Below the pieces are notes generated by a model, which saw only the letters and a list, made by a program, of their open reading frames with translations, was not told the origin of the DNA and did no database searches. Source: Stegostoma tigrinum (taxonomy: Eukaryota). Taken from it: DNA of 64,000 bases. This document shows, piece by piece, positions 12,830 to 24,084 of the stretch. The translations under genes and the position numbers were made by a program. The stretch is taken from positions 1,054,001 to 1,118,000 of the forward strand of contig NC_081387.1 in NCBI RefSeq assembly GCF_030684315.1, in the 5' to 3' direction. Within the stretch, counting starts at the first letter, position 1. The number at the start of each line of letters is the position of its first letter.

Positions 12830-13792
12830 GGGGGAAGGAGGTGCACCAGGACAGAGGGCAGTGGTGGGGGAATGAGGTGCAGGTCAGGGGGCAGTGGTGA
12901 GGGAATGAGGTGCACCAGGACAGCGGGCAGTGGGGGGAATGAGGTGCAGCAGGACAGCGGGCAGTGGGGGGGAATGAGGTGCAGCAGGACAGCGGGCAGT
13001 GGGGCGGAATGAGGTGCAGCAGGACAGGGGGCAGTGGGAGGGAATGAGGTGCAGCAGGACAGTGGGGGGAATGAGGTGCAGCAGGTCGGGGGCAGTAGTG
13101 GGGGAATGAGGTGCACCAGGACAGGAGGCAGTGGGCGGGGAATGAGGTGAAGCAGGACAGGGGGCAGTGGGGGGGAATGAGGTGCAGCAGGACAGGGGGC
13201 AGTGGGGGGGAATGAGGTGCAGCAGGACAGGGGGCAGTGGGAGGGAATGAGGTGCACCAGGACAGGGGGCAGTGGGAGGGGGGAATGAGGTGCAGGTCAG
13301 GGGGCAGTGGGAGGGGGGAATGAGGTGCAGCAAGACAGGAGGCAGTTGGGGGGGAATGAGGTGCAGCAGGTCGGGGGCAGTGGGGGGGGGGAATGAGGTG
13401 CAGCAAGACAGGGGGCAGTGGGGGGGGGGGATGAGGTGCAGCAAGACAGGGGGCAGTGGGGGGGGGAATGAGGTGCAGCAAGACAGGGGGCAGTGGGGGG
13501 GGGGGATGAGGTGCAGCAAGACAGGGGGCAGTGGGGGGGGGAATGAGGTGCAGCAGGTCGGGGGCAGTGGGGGGGGGGGATGAGGTGCAGCAAGACAGGG
13601 GGCAGTGGGGGGGGGAATGAGGTGCAGCAAGACAGGGGGCAGTGGGGGGGGGAATGAGGTGCAGCAGGACAGGGGGCAGTGGGGGGGGGGAATGAGGTGC
13701 AGCAAGACAGGGGGCAGTGGGGGGGGGGGGGGGATGAGGTGCAGCAAGACAGGGGGCAGTGGGGGGGGGGGGGATGAGGTGCAGCAAGACAG
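12830..13792 (+). repeat. G-rich minisatellite, about 35-40-bp unit
   Basis: GnAATGAGGTGCAGCAAGACAGGGGGCAGT repeated about 25 times with variable G-tracts. Confidence 0.9.
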
Positions 13793-14046
13793 CGGTCTAT
13801 GGGGCCCTGGACTCACTGTCTCTGTACAATTTCCCCTGCACCACCACCCTCCAGCCCAGTTGTTGTTGTAAAGCGGCCCCCGCCATGTGAGGACCCTCCC
13901 TGAGGGGACAGTGACGCCAGCCCTGAGCCCCTTCCCCACTCACCCCACCTCCCGACACCCTCATTCTCCAGCGCAGACCCTCCTGCAGATCCTCTACGTC
14001 CACAGGGCGGCAGCAGAGACCTTCCCTCTGCTCCCAGACTGGAACC

Positions 14047-14114
14047 AAAACCTGAATTCGCAGACTCCACCCGGCAACAAGTGACGTCAGGCGACAGGTC
14101 TTTATTGTGATTGG
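14047..14114 (+). promoter_or_regulatory. Second S-X-Y-like module with a perfect CRE as X2
   Basis: AAAACCT, 16 bp, CCCGGCAAC-AAG-TGACGTCA, then GTGATTGG; S heptamer and S-X spacing identical to the class I promoter module. Confidence 0.6.
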
Positions 14115-16889
14115 TGGGGAGGTAAGCGGTGAGACTGGCACAGAGAGCCTGCAGGATGTGATTGAAATGGCAGGGATGCAGAGAAGGGTCACCAGGAGGT
14201 TGTGTGGGATAGAGAGACACTGACTCAGCCTGGGTTGTGTTTTTTTAGAGGTGTATCAGATTATGAGGGGGAGAATGGAAAGCAGCAGTACCCCTTGGTT
14301 GAAGGGAGGGACGTTTTTAAAGGGAGTGGCTGAGGTTTAGAGAGGATTGACTGAAGAAAATTATTTTGGACATTGTGTGTCAGGATGGATATTGGCTGCT
14401 CACATTGTGTGTGTGAAAGAGCTACAGGGGAAGTGCTGAATGTGCCTCGAAATATATCTCTCCTGCTTTAAAAAAGAGGGAGAGTGAGTGTGGATTGAGG
14501 CTGGGGGTGGAGGTGGTGAGGTGTGGTGGGTGGGGTGCAGTGGGTGGGGGTGGGGAGGGGGTTGTGATGTGGGTTTGATGCAGCCGGTAGGGGTGGTGCA
14601 GTGGGTGGGGGTGGTGTGGGGAGGGGGTTGTAGTGTGGCGGGTGGGGTGTGGTGGGTGGGGGTGGTGTGGAGTTGTGGGGTAGTGGGGTGTGGAGTGGAG
14701 GGTGGGGGTGCAGCGGGTGGGGGTGGTGTGGGTGGGGGTGATGCGGGGTAGTGGGGTGCAGTGGGTCGGGGTGATGCGGGGTAGTGGGGGTGGTGTGGTG
14801 GGTGTCAGGGGGAGGGGCAGAAATAAACAGAGGCCGAGGAGAGAGAAAAACATTTACTGAGGCCACATCTGGAGGTCGCTGTGCAGTTCCAGAATCTGGA
14901 ATGTGAGAAGGAAAAAGCAAGCAAGGAAAAAGGAAAGAAAATTCTAAAGCGTAGAAGTAAGGATAGAGACTGTGGTTATGGCACAGGGGAGAATGTTTAA
15001 GAGAAGAGCGGGAGAAAAAGTTACCACAACTTACATTTATATAGCACCTTTCGCACAGACAAACCTCCAAATACATGGGAGAGTTATCAAACAAAGTTCG
15101 ACATTGAGCTGACAGAGCAATCCCTCAAACACCTAACTCAGAGGTGAGGGTGGAATTTGAATTCTAATTTTTAAAATGTCTCAGTTTAAGACTGTAAGGA
15201 TGATCATGAAACCACTGCTACTCGTTGGAAAACCCATTTGGTTCATTAATGTCCTTTAGGGAATGAAACTGCCATCCTTACCCGGTCTGGGTTACACGTG
15301 ACTCCAGACCCACAGCAATGTGATTGACTCTGAGCTGCCCTCTGAGACAATAAATACTGGCCCAGCCAGCAACACCCACATTCTGAGAATGTACTTTTTT
15401 GCTAACAGGCACAAAAGTAAAATGTCAGGTGGAGAATGATTTCCTTTTTGAATGGAGAGAAAGTTGGAGTCCAGAGAGATTTGAAGACAAGGCACAGACA
15501 GTAAATTGTCACTTAGTGTTCTGCAGAACGGGGGTAAATTAATGCTGCTGCAATTATACAGGGCTTTGCTGGGACCAGGTCTCTGTTTAGCTCTGACATT
15601 GCCCTATCAATTTTACACTGAATGGTGGTTACACAGAAGGCTCACTCAAGTTCTCCCTGGAATTAAGGGTTGGCCCTATGATGGCAGGCAGAATAATTTA
15701 GGCTAAAGTTCTCCAAAGTTTAGCAGAGTCAGAAGCAATTTCGTTCGAACATCGGGGATTGTGGGAACACCACCACCTCCAAGTTCCCCTCCAAGTCACT
15801 CACCATCCTGACTTGGAAATATATCGCCGTTCCTCCACTGTCACTGGGTCAAAATCCTAGATTTCCCTCCCTAAGGGCATTGTTTTACAACCCATAGCAG
15901 GAGGACTGCAGCTGTTCAAGAAGGCAGCACACCACCACCTTCTCAAGGGGGCAACTAGGGATGGACAATATAGGCTGGCCAACCAGCAACACCCACATCC
16001 CACAAATGAATTTAAAAAAAACTTGACAGAGTGGACAGCCTGTACCCCCCAGGCTGGGCAATCTATAACATAGGGTACAGCCTTGGGATGAAGGCCTAAT
16101 CATTTAGAACTGCCCTGAGGAGGAATTACCTCACTGAATGGGCCATGGGTTTTGTGAAATCTCAAACCCACCCCCACCCCCAGCAATGTGGAATGCCTGT
16201 CGCTGAACATAGTGAACGCTGTGATCAGACAGTCAGTTCTGTGCACCCTGCCTCAGGTTGGATGTATGGGCCTTAGAATGAGAGCACTGCAGTTTAACTA
16301 GAATATCCTTAGAAGGGTGAAATACCGAGGGCAGGTTACACATTGTAATCCCTTGTGATGCCCAAACAATGGGAAGGGCTCTTGGGGTAGGGTGGCAGTA
16401 TTCCTGCCTCTGAGCCAGGAGGTCTGACTCCAATCCCATCTGCTCCTAGGATGTGTGATAGCACTGATGAACAGGTTGAGTGGATTGAGGTGTTTAAAAT
16501 GATGAATGGAATTGACTGGGTCAATGCAGAAAGACTAATGCCTCTGGTGGGGGAGGCAGCACACAACAAGGCAACAAAACCTTGTCAGGCCATTCAGTGG
16601 GATATCAGAAAACAAGTCTTCAGAAAGACGGATTGGGAACACTGTACCCCATCCCCACAAGAGGGTTACCAATACTGAAGCCAGTGCAAATTCCTAAACG
16701 GAGATGGTGCTGTTTTTATTATTATCAGGGAAGTAGATGAACAGCCAAACTGGTGATTCAAATGAAGTTAGGTTACAGTTCTGTAAGAAGCAGTTAGAAT
16801 GATGCAACACACTATAGGGGCTGAATGGCTTCCTGTTCTTCCCATTCTCTACATCTCTCCTTTTGGATTTCTCTCTTTGACTCCTGAGC

Positions 16890-18080
16890 CTCTATCAGCT
16901 TCCCAATTCCTCTGCCTCCGTTGCATCTGCTATGACGAGGAGACGTTCCACACCCGAGCATCCTGGGTGTCTGTGATAATGGGAACTACAGATGCTGGAG
17001 AATCCAAGATAACAAAGTGTGAAGCTGGATGAACACAGCAGGCCAAGCAGCATATCAGGATGAAGGGTCTAGGCCCGAAACGTCAGCTTTTGTGCTCCTG
17101 AGATGCTGCTTGGCCTGCTGTGTTCATCCAGCTTCACACTTTGTCATCCTGGGTGTCTGCCTTGTTCAGACAACGCTCATCCAGACAACCCTCCACTGTA
17201 CCTCCTACATTCCCCACTCCACATCTCTTATCCACCACCCTGCCCAAACATAGTAATGATAGAGCCCCCCCTTGTCCTCACTTCCCACGCCACCACCCTC
17301 TGCATCCAATGTATCATCCTCAAACACATCTGCCGACACTAATTAGACCCCACCACCCTAAACATCTTCCACTGCCCACCGTTCTCTGCCTTCTGCAAGG
17401 ACCATTGCCTTCATCACTGCTTAGTTCGCGCCACACTCCCCACCAACCGGTCCGGTACCTTCCCCTGTAACTGTAAAAAATGCAACCCCTCCCACACACC
17501 ACCTCCCTCACCTCGTTCAGAGTTCTAAATGGCCCTTCCAAGTGAGACTGACCTTCACCTGCATCTCCTCCAACTTGGTTTATTGAATCCGGTGCTCCCG
17601 ATGCGGTATTCTCTATGTCGGTGAGACTAAACACGGACTCGGTGACTGTTTGGCCGAGCACCTCCTCCTGCCCCTTAATGACCAACCTAACGTCCCGGTC
17701 ACTGTCCATTTCAGCTCCCCGTCCCACTCCGGCATATCCATCCTCGGTATCCTCCAGGGTCGCAACGATTCGGAACACAACGTTGAAGAACAACACCTTA
17801 TCTTCCGCTTGGGCACCCTACAGCGTGGAGGACTAACACTGAGTTCTCCAATTATAAATAACCTTCCCACCCATTTCCCTGTCTCCCTTCCAGCGACCAA
17901 CCAGATTCATCCTTCCCATTAACCAACCACCAATGTCCCACCTATCACCACCATGTCACTTCCCCCCTCCTTTATCTGCAGCTCCCCCGACCCCCATTTC
18001 CAATCCTGAATGAGGGTAATGCCCAAATGTGACTGCTTCCTTGCTCCAGATGCTGCCTGGCCTGCTGTGTTCTCCCAGCT
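16890..18080 (+). mobile_element. Older Penelope-like element, interrupted twice; its tail resumes at 20787-20822
   Basis: SQFLCLRCIC...; LYVGET; EQHLIFRLGTLQ; degenerate tail. Confidence 0.8.
16974..17144. mobile_element. 171-bp fold-back insertion made only of two opposed Penelope tails
   Basis: 15-bp TSD CATCCTGGGTGTCTG at 16959-16973 and 17145-17159. Confidence 0.88.
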
Positions 18081-18177
18081 GATACTGGGAACTGCAGATG
18101 CTGGAGAATCCAAGATAATAAAGTGTGAAGCTGGATGAACACAGCAGGCCCAGCAGCATCTCAGGAGCACAAAAGCT

Positions 18178-18205
18178 GACGTTTCGGGCCTAGGCCCTTC
18201 ATCAG
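18178..18205 (-). ncRNA. Minimal hammerhead ribozyme motif in a PLE tail
   Basis: CTGATGA-A-GGGCCTAGGCCC-GAAAC-GTC on the minus strand. Confidence 0.6.
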
Positions 18206-20678
18206 ACAGGGGGATGGGGTGAGGGTTCTGGAATAAATAGGGAGAGAGGGGGAGGTGGACCGAAGATGGAGAGAAAAGAAGATAGGTGGAGAGGAGAGTA
18301 TAGGTGGGGAGGTAGGGAAGGGATAGGTCAGTCCAGGGAAGACGGACAGGTCAAGGTGGTGGGATGAGGTTAGTAGGTAGGAGATAGAGGTGCGGCTTGG
18401 GATGGGAGGAAGGGATGGGTGAGAGGAAGAACAGGTTAGGGAGGCTGAGACAGGCTGGACTGGTTTTGGGATGCAGTGGGTGGAGGGGAAGAGCTGGGCT
18501 GGTTTTGGGATGTGGTGGGGGAAGGGGAGATTTTGAAGCTGGTGAAGTCCACATTGATACCATCGGGCTGCAGGGTTCCCAAGCGGAATATGAGTTGCTG
18601 TTCCTGCAACCTTCGGGTGGCATCATTGTGGCACTGCAGGAGGCCCATGATGGACATGTCATCTAAAGAATGGGAGGGGCAGTGGAAATGGTTTGTGACT
18701 GGGAGGTGCAGTTGTTTGTTGCGAACCGAGCGGAGGTGTTCTGCAAAGCGGTCCCCAAGCCTCCGCTTGGTTTCCCCAATGTAGAGGAAGCCACACCGGG
18801 TACAATGGATGCAGTATACCACATTGGCAGATGTGCGGGTGAACCTCTGCTTAATATGGAAAGTCATCTTGGGGCCTGGGATGGGGGTGAGGGAGGAGGT
18901 GTGGGGGCAAGTGTAGCATTTCCTGCGGTTGCAGGGGAAGGTGCCGGGTGTGGTGGGGTTGGAGGGCAGTGTGGAGCGAACAAGGGAGTCACGGAGAGAG
19001 TGGTCTCTCCGGAAAGCAGACAGGGGTGGGGATGGAAAAATGTCTTGGGTGGTGGGGTCGGATTGTAGATGGCGGAAGTGTCGGAGGATGATGCGTTGTA
19101 TCCGTAGGTTGGTAGGGTGGTGTGTGAGAATGAGGGGGATCCTCTTTGTTGCAGTTGTGGCGGGGACGGGGTGTGAGGGATGTGTTGCGGGAAATGCGGG
19201 AGACACGGTCTTCCTCTTCCGCACCTACACAGGCCCCAAACCCCACCTCTTCCTCCGTTACATTGATGACTGTATCGGTGCCGCCTCTTGCTCCCCAGAG
19301 GAGCTCGAACAGTTCATCCACTTCACCAACACCTTCCACCCCAACCTTCAGTTCACCTGGGCCATCTCCAGCACATCCCTCACCTTCCTGGACCTCTCAG
19401 TCTCCATCTCAGGCAACCAGCTTGTAACTGATGTCCATTTCAAGCCCACCGACTCCCACAGCTACCTAGAATACACCTCCTCCCACCCACCCTCCTGCAA
19501 AAATTCCATCCCATATTTCCAATTCCTCCGCCTCCGCCACATCTGCTCCCATGATGAGGCATTCCACTTCCGCACATCCCAGATGCCCAAGTTCTTCAAG
19601 GACCGCAACTTTCCCCCCACAGTGGTCGAGAACGCCCTTGACCGCGTCTCCTGCATTTCCCACAACACATCCCTCACACCCCGCCCCCGCCACAACCGCC
19701 CAAAGAGGATCCCCCTCATTCTCACACACCACCCCACCAACCTCCGGATACAACGCATCATCCTCCGACGCTTCCGCCATCTACAATCCGACCCCACCAC
19801 CCAAGACATTTTTCCATCCCACCCCTGTCTGCTTTCCGGAGAGACCACTCTCTCCGTGACTCCCTTGTTCGCTCCACACTGCCCTCCAACCCCACACCTG
19901 GCACCTTCCCCTGCAACCGCAGGAAATGCTACACTTGCCCCCACACCTCCTCCCTCACCCCCATCCCAGGCTCCAAAGATGACTTTCCATATTAAGCAGA
20001 GGTTCACCTGCACATCTGCCAATGTGGTATACTGCATCCATTGTACCCGGTGTGGCTTCCTCTACATTGGGGAAACCAAGCAGAGGCTTGGGGACCGCTT
20101 TGCAGAATACCTCCGCTCGGTTCGCAATAAACAACTGCATCTCCCAGTCGCAAACCATTTCCACTCCCCCTCCCATTCTTTAGATGACATGTCCATCATG
20201 GGCCTCCTACAGTGCCACAATGATGCCACCCGAAGGTTGCAGGAACAGCAACTCATATTCCGCTTGGGAACCCTGCAGCCCAATGGTATCAATGTGGACT
20301 TCACCAGCTTCAAAACCTCCCCTTCCCCCACCGCATCCCAAAACCAGCCCAGTTTGTCCCTCCCCCCACTGCACCACACAACCAGCCCAGCTCTTCCCCT
20401 CCACCCACTGCATCCCAAAATCAGTCCAACCTGTCTCTGCCTCCCTAACCTGTTCTTCCTCTCACCCATCCCTTCCTCCCACCCCAAGCCGCACCTCCAT
20501 CTCCTACCTACTAACCTCATCCCACCTCCTTGACCTGTCCATCTTCCCTGGACTGACCTATCCCCTCCCAACCTCCCCACCTATACTCTCCTCTCCACCT
20601 ATCTTCTTTTTTCTCCATCTTCAATCTGCCTCCCCCTCTCTCCCTATTTATTCCAGTTCCCTCTCCCCATCCCCCTCT

Positions 20679-20706
20679 CTGATGAAGGGTCTAGGCCCGA
20701 AACGTC
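20679..20706 (+). ncRNA. Minimal hammerhead ribozyme motif in a PLE tail
   Basis: CTGATGA-A-GGGTCTAGGCCC-GAAAC-GTC. Confidence 0.6.
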
Positions 20707-20934
20707 AGCTTTTGTGCTCCTGAGATGCTGCTGGGCCTGCTGTGTTCATCCGGCCTCACATTGTATCATCTTGTGTTCTCCCAGCTTCCTGTTTGTCTGC
20801 CTTGGATTCCAGCATCTGCAGGTTTTTTTTTGTCTCTAAGTCCTTCACTGATCTCTGTCTCTGTTTCACTCTGCCGTCTCTTTGCATCCCACTCATTTAG
20901 CTCCTTGTACAGGAAACCCGCTGACTCTAGATTT

Positions 20935-20998
20935 GAAACATCACTCACATATTCTGCCTGGTAACAGCGAGGTAATGCTGACTCCAGCTACTGATTGG
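20935..20998 (+). promoter_or_regulatory. Third S-X-Y-like module
   Basis: GAAACAT, 15 bp, CCTGGTAACAG, then CTGATTGG; GTAAC-to-ATTGG offset 33 bp; ETS-like ACTTCCGG about 35 bp downstream. Confidence 0.6.
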
Positions 20999-21570
20999 TG
21001 CAAATCACACCTTGCTATTGAACCACAATGGAAACTTCCGGTCACTGGTTTGCCCAAATATTCTTCTATATATTTCTAGCCTTTCCTTCAAGTCATATTA
21101 TAAGCAGGGGCATGACTCTCTCTGTTCACAGTTCCTCACATTGAAATTGTAGTATTTAATCTGTACGATCACCGCTCGGTCTTCCCCGTAAAATTTAGCT
21201 CAGTATACTTTTCTGTAATGAATTTCATTTGCTGTGCGTTTACTGAGCCACCTTCAGTAATCCTTTTGTAGTCTGTTCCTCACCGCTACAACGTTTCCAA
21301 GTGCTATCTTGACAGTATGCCCTGAACCTCTAAGTTCAAGTTATTGATGTACATTGAAAACAGCGGCGGTCTCAGTGCGAAATCATAGACAACTCCCTCT
21401 GTTCAGTCAAACTGTATGAAATAAAATGAAAAGCATCTCTGTTCGACACATTTTTTCTGACACTTCCTGATTTCCGCATAAAATCGAAAATCGTTCCGAG
21501 AGCTGGCTGTTTTGCTTTCATACAAGTGCCAGGGAATGACCATCTCCAACAAGAGGGGAATAAAAACCAC

Positions 21571-23670
21571 AAGAATGTAGATGCTGTAAGTCTGAAACAA
21601 AACAGAAATTGCTGAAAAAGCTCAGAAGGTCTGGCAGCATCTGTGAGGAGAAAATCAGAGTTAATGTTTCGGGCTCACTGACCCTTCCTCAGTAACTGAT
21701 GGTGGCTCGGAAAACGTTGGTTTATATGCAGAAAATAGGGAGGGGGATGGAGTAGGGAATGAACGATAGGATAGAGCCTGAAGAGAGAGAAGAGCAAGGT
21801 GTGAAGCTGGAGGAACACAGCAGGCCAGGCAGCATCAGAGGAGCAGGAAAACATTTTTGAAGAAGGATCCAGAGCCAAAACATCAGCATTCCTGCTCTTC
21901 TGATGCTGCCTGGCCTGCTGTGTTCCCCCAGCTCCACATTGTGTCATCTCAGACTCCAGCATCAGCAGTTCCCACTATCTCAGAGAGAAGAGCGGTAGGA
22001 CAAAGGAGTTGCTGACGATCAGGCTGGGACGGTGAATAGTTGTTATTGGGGACTGTTCGTGACTAATAACAGGGGGTGTGTAGTGGCGGGCTACGTGGTA
22101 ACAAGGCCCGGTGTGTGGGGTAGGGGGCTGGGACATGGCAGAGTTTAGGCCTTAAAATTATTGAACTCAATATTGACTCTGGAGGGCTGTAGGGTCCCCA
22201 AACGGAAAATGATGTGTTGTTCCTCCAGCTTGCACTGGGCTTCACTGGAACACTGTAGCAAGCCGGAGACAGAGATGTTGGCCAGGGAGCAGGGTGGTGC
22301 ATTGAAGTGGCAGGCAACGGGTAGTTCAGGGTCTTTATTGTGAGCAGAATATAGAAGTTCTGTGATGCCATTGCTAAGTCTACGCTTAGTTTCTCCAACG
22401 CAGAGGAGACCACACTGTGAGCAGCGAATGCAGTAGACGAGGTTCTGGGACTGTGCAGGTGAAGTGTTGCTTCACCTGGAAGGAATGTTTGTATCTTTGG
22501 ATAGTGGGGAGGGAGGAGGTAAATGGGCAGGTGTTGCACCTTCGCCGGTTACAGGGGAATGTGCCGTTGGTCTGTGGGGAGGTGTTGGGGATGAAGGAAG
22601 TGTGGACCAGAGTGCCCCGTGGGGAATGGTCCCTGCAGAAGGTAGACAGGGGAGGGGAGGGGAGGGGAGGGAATATGTGTGTGGTGGTGGCACCTTGCTG
22701 GAGGTGACAGAAATGGCGTCTGATGATCTTCAGGACGTGGATGCTGGTGGGATGGTGGGTGAAGATAAGGGGAACCCTATTGCTGTTGCGGCGGGGTGGG
22801 GAAGAGGAGGGGTGAGATCGGAAGTGCAGGAGATGGGTTGGACCTGGTTGAGGGCCCTGTCAACAACGGAGCTAGCGAATCCTTGATTGAGAAAGAAGGT
22901 GAACATTTCAGAGGCTTCCTTGTCAAAGTTGGCCTCAAATGAACATATGTGACGGAGACGGAGGAATGAGAGAATGGGATGGAGGAAGCAGGGTGTGAGG
23001 ATGTATAGTCCAGATAGCTGCAGGAGTCGGTGGGTTTGTAACGGATATTAGAGGCCAGTCTATCCCCAAAAATGGAAACAGAAATGTCGAGCAAGGGAAG
23101 GGAAGGGAGGAGTCAGAGATAGACGAGGTGAACGTGAGGGCAGGTTGGAAATTGGAGGCGAACTTGATGTAGTTTTTAAATTCCGGATGAGAGAGAGAAG
23201 CAACACCAATGATATCATTGATATATCAGAGGAAGAGTTGTGAGTGGGGGCCAGAATTGGATTGGAACAAGGAATGTTCCATGTACCCCACAAAGAGACA
23301 GGCATAACCAGGGCCCATGTGGCTATCCAGCCATCCCTCTGAACTGAAGAAGATGACAGGAGTTAAAAGAGAAGCTGTTGAGGGTGAGGACGAACTTGGC
23401 CAAGTGGAGGAGGGTAGTGGTTCAGGTCTTTGCTCAAAGAAGGAACAGAGAGCCCTAAGACCTATCATTTACTCCTGATCCCTTACCCTGACCCTATCTT
23501 CTGCATAGAAGTCAACATTTCCCTAGCTACCATCCATTCTGAGGAAGGGTCACCAGACCAATAACGTTAACTCTGATCTCTCTCCACAGATCCTGCCAGA
23601 CCTGCTGAGATTTTCCAGTAATTTCTGGTTTTGTTCCTGATTTCCAGCATCTGCAGTTTAACCAGTTTTT
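21571..23670 (-). mobile_element. Penelope-like element of a second family, with tails in opposite orientation at both ends
   Basis: MGPGYACLFVGYME, LDISVSI..YKPTDSCSYLDY relics; related tails at 21577-21700 (-) and 23530-23656 (+); possible short TSD AAAACCA. Confidence 0.82.
21796..21981. mobile_element. 186-bp fold-back Penelope tail insertion nested in another PLE
   Basis: 12-bp TSD AGAGAGAAGAGC at 21784-21795 and 21982-21993. Confidence 0.8.
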
Positions 23671-24084
23671 TTTTAAAACCAGGCTGCTGCCCTGGGCTGA
23701 GAAGCAGGCTGCTCTGTCCGAAAGGGAGATTGCTCCGGTTCGAGTTCCGAATGCTGCACACCTCCATCAGCTCCAGCTCCAGCTCCGAAAGTGCAACCAA
23801 AAGAAATTGCAAATCCGAAACAACGCCATCACAACGGATCACACCAGGATAGGGTTCACACCGGGTTACAACAGATTACACCATAACAATGGACTGGATT
23901 GAGTCAGAGCACACCATGACAAAAGGTGTGACACTGGATCAAAGTGGAACAGGAGATCATACCAGATTACATCAGGACAGAGGATGTTACTGGAATAACA
24001 GCATCATATCATTCATTTTCACAATGCAAAATTGGGGGTCACACCAAGAAAGGGGGATCAAATTGAGATGGGAGACTGAGGGGC

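Larger units (their letters stand above)
18081..20771 (+). mobile_element. Young Penelope-like element with a 1.1-kb inverted arm
   Basis: LFLRYIDDCIG RT motif; GIY-YIG VVYCIHC...YIGETK on both arms; inversion junction near 19210; 15-bp TSD TGTGTTCTCCCAGCT at 18066-18080 and 20772-20786. Confidence 0.93.

Noticed and set aside
12124-13939. Pro/His/Cys-rich ORFs of 300-380 aa
   Set aside because: Translations of minisatellites in all three frames
18929-20533. 534-aa ORF as an intact PLE protein
   Set aside because: Chimeric across the inversion junction, 5'-truncated and internally frameshifted
23680-23770. Possible PSMB8 exon 1 (LMEVCSIRNSNRSNLPFGQSSLLLSPGQQP)
   Set aside because: Only vague resemblance; no proper donor and no downstream HGTTTL exon found in the window
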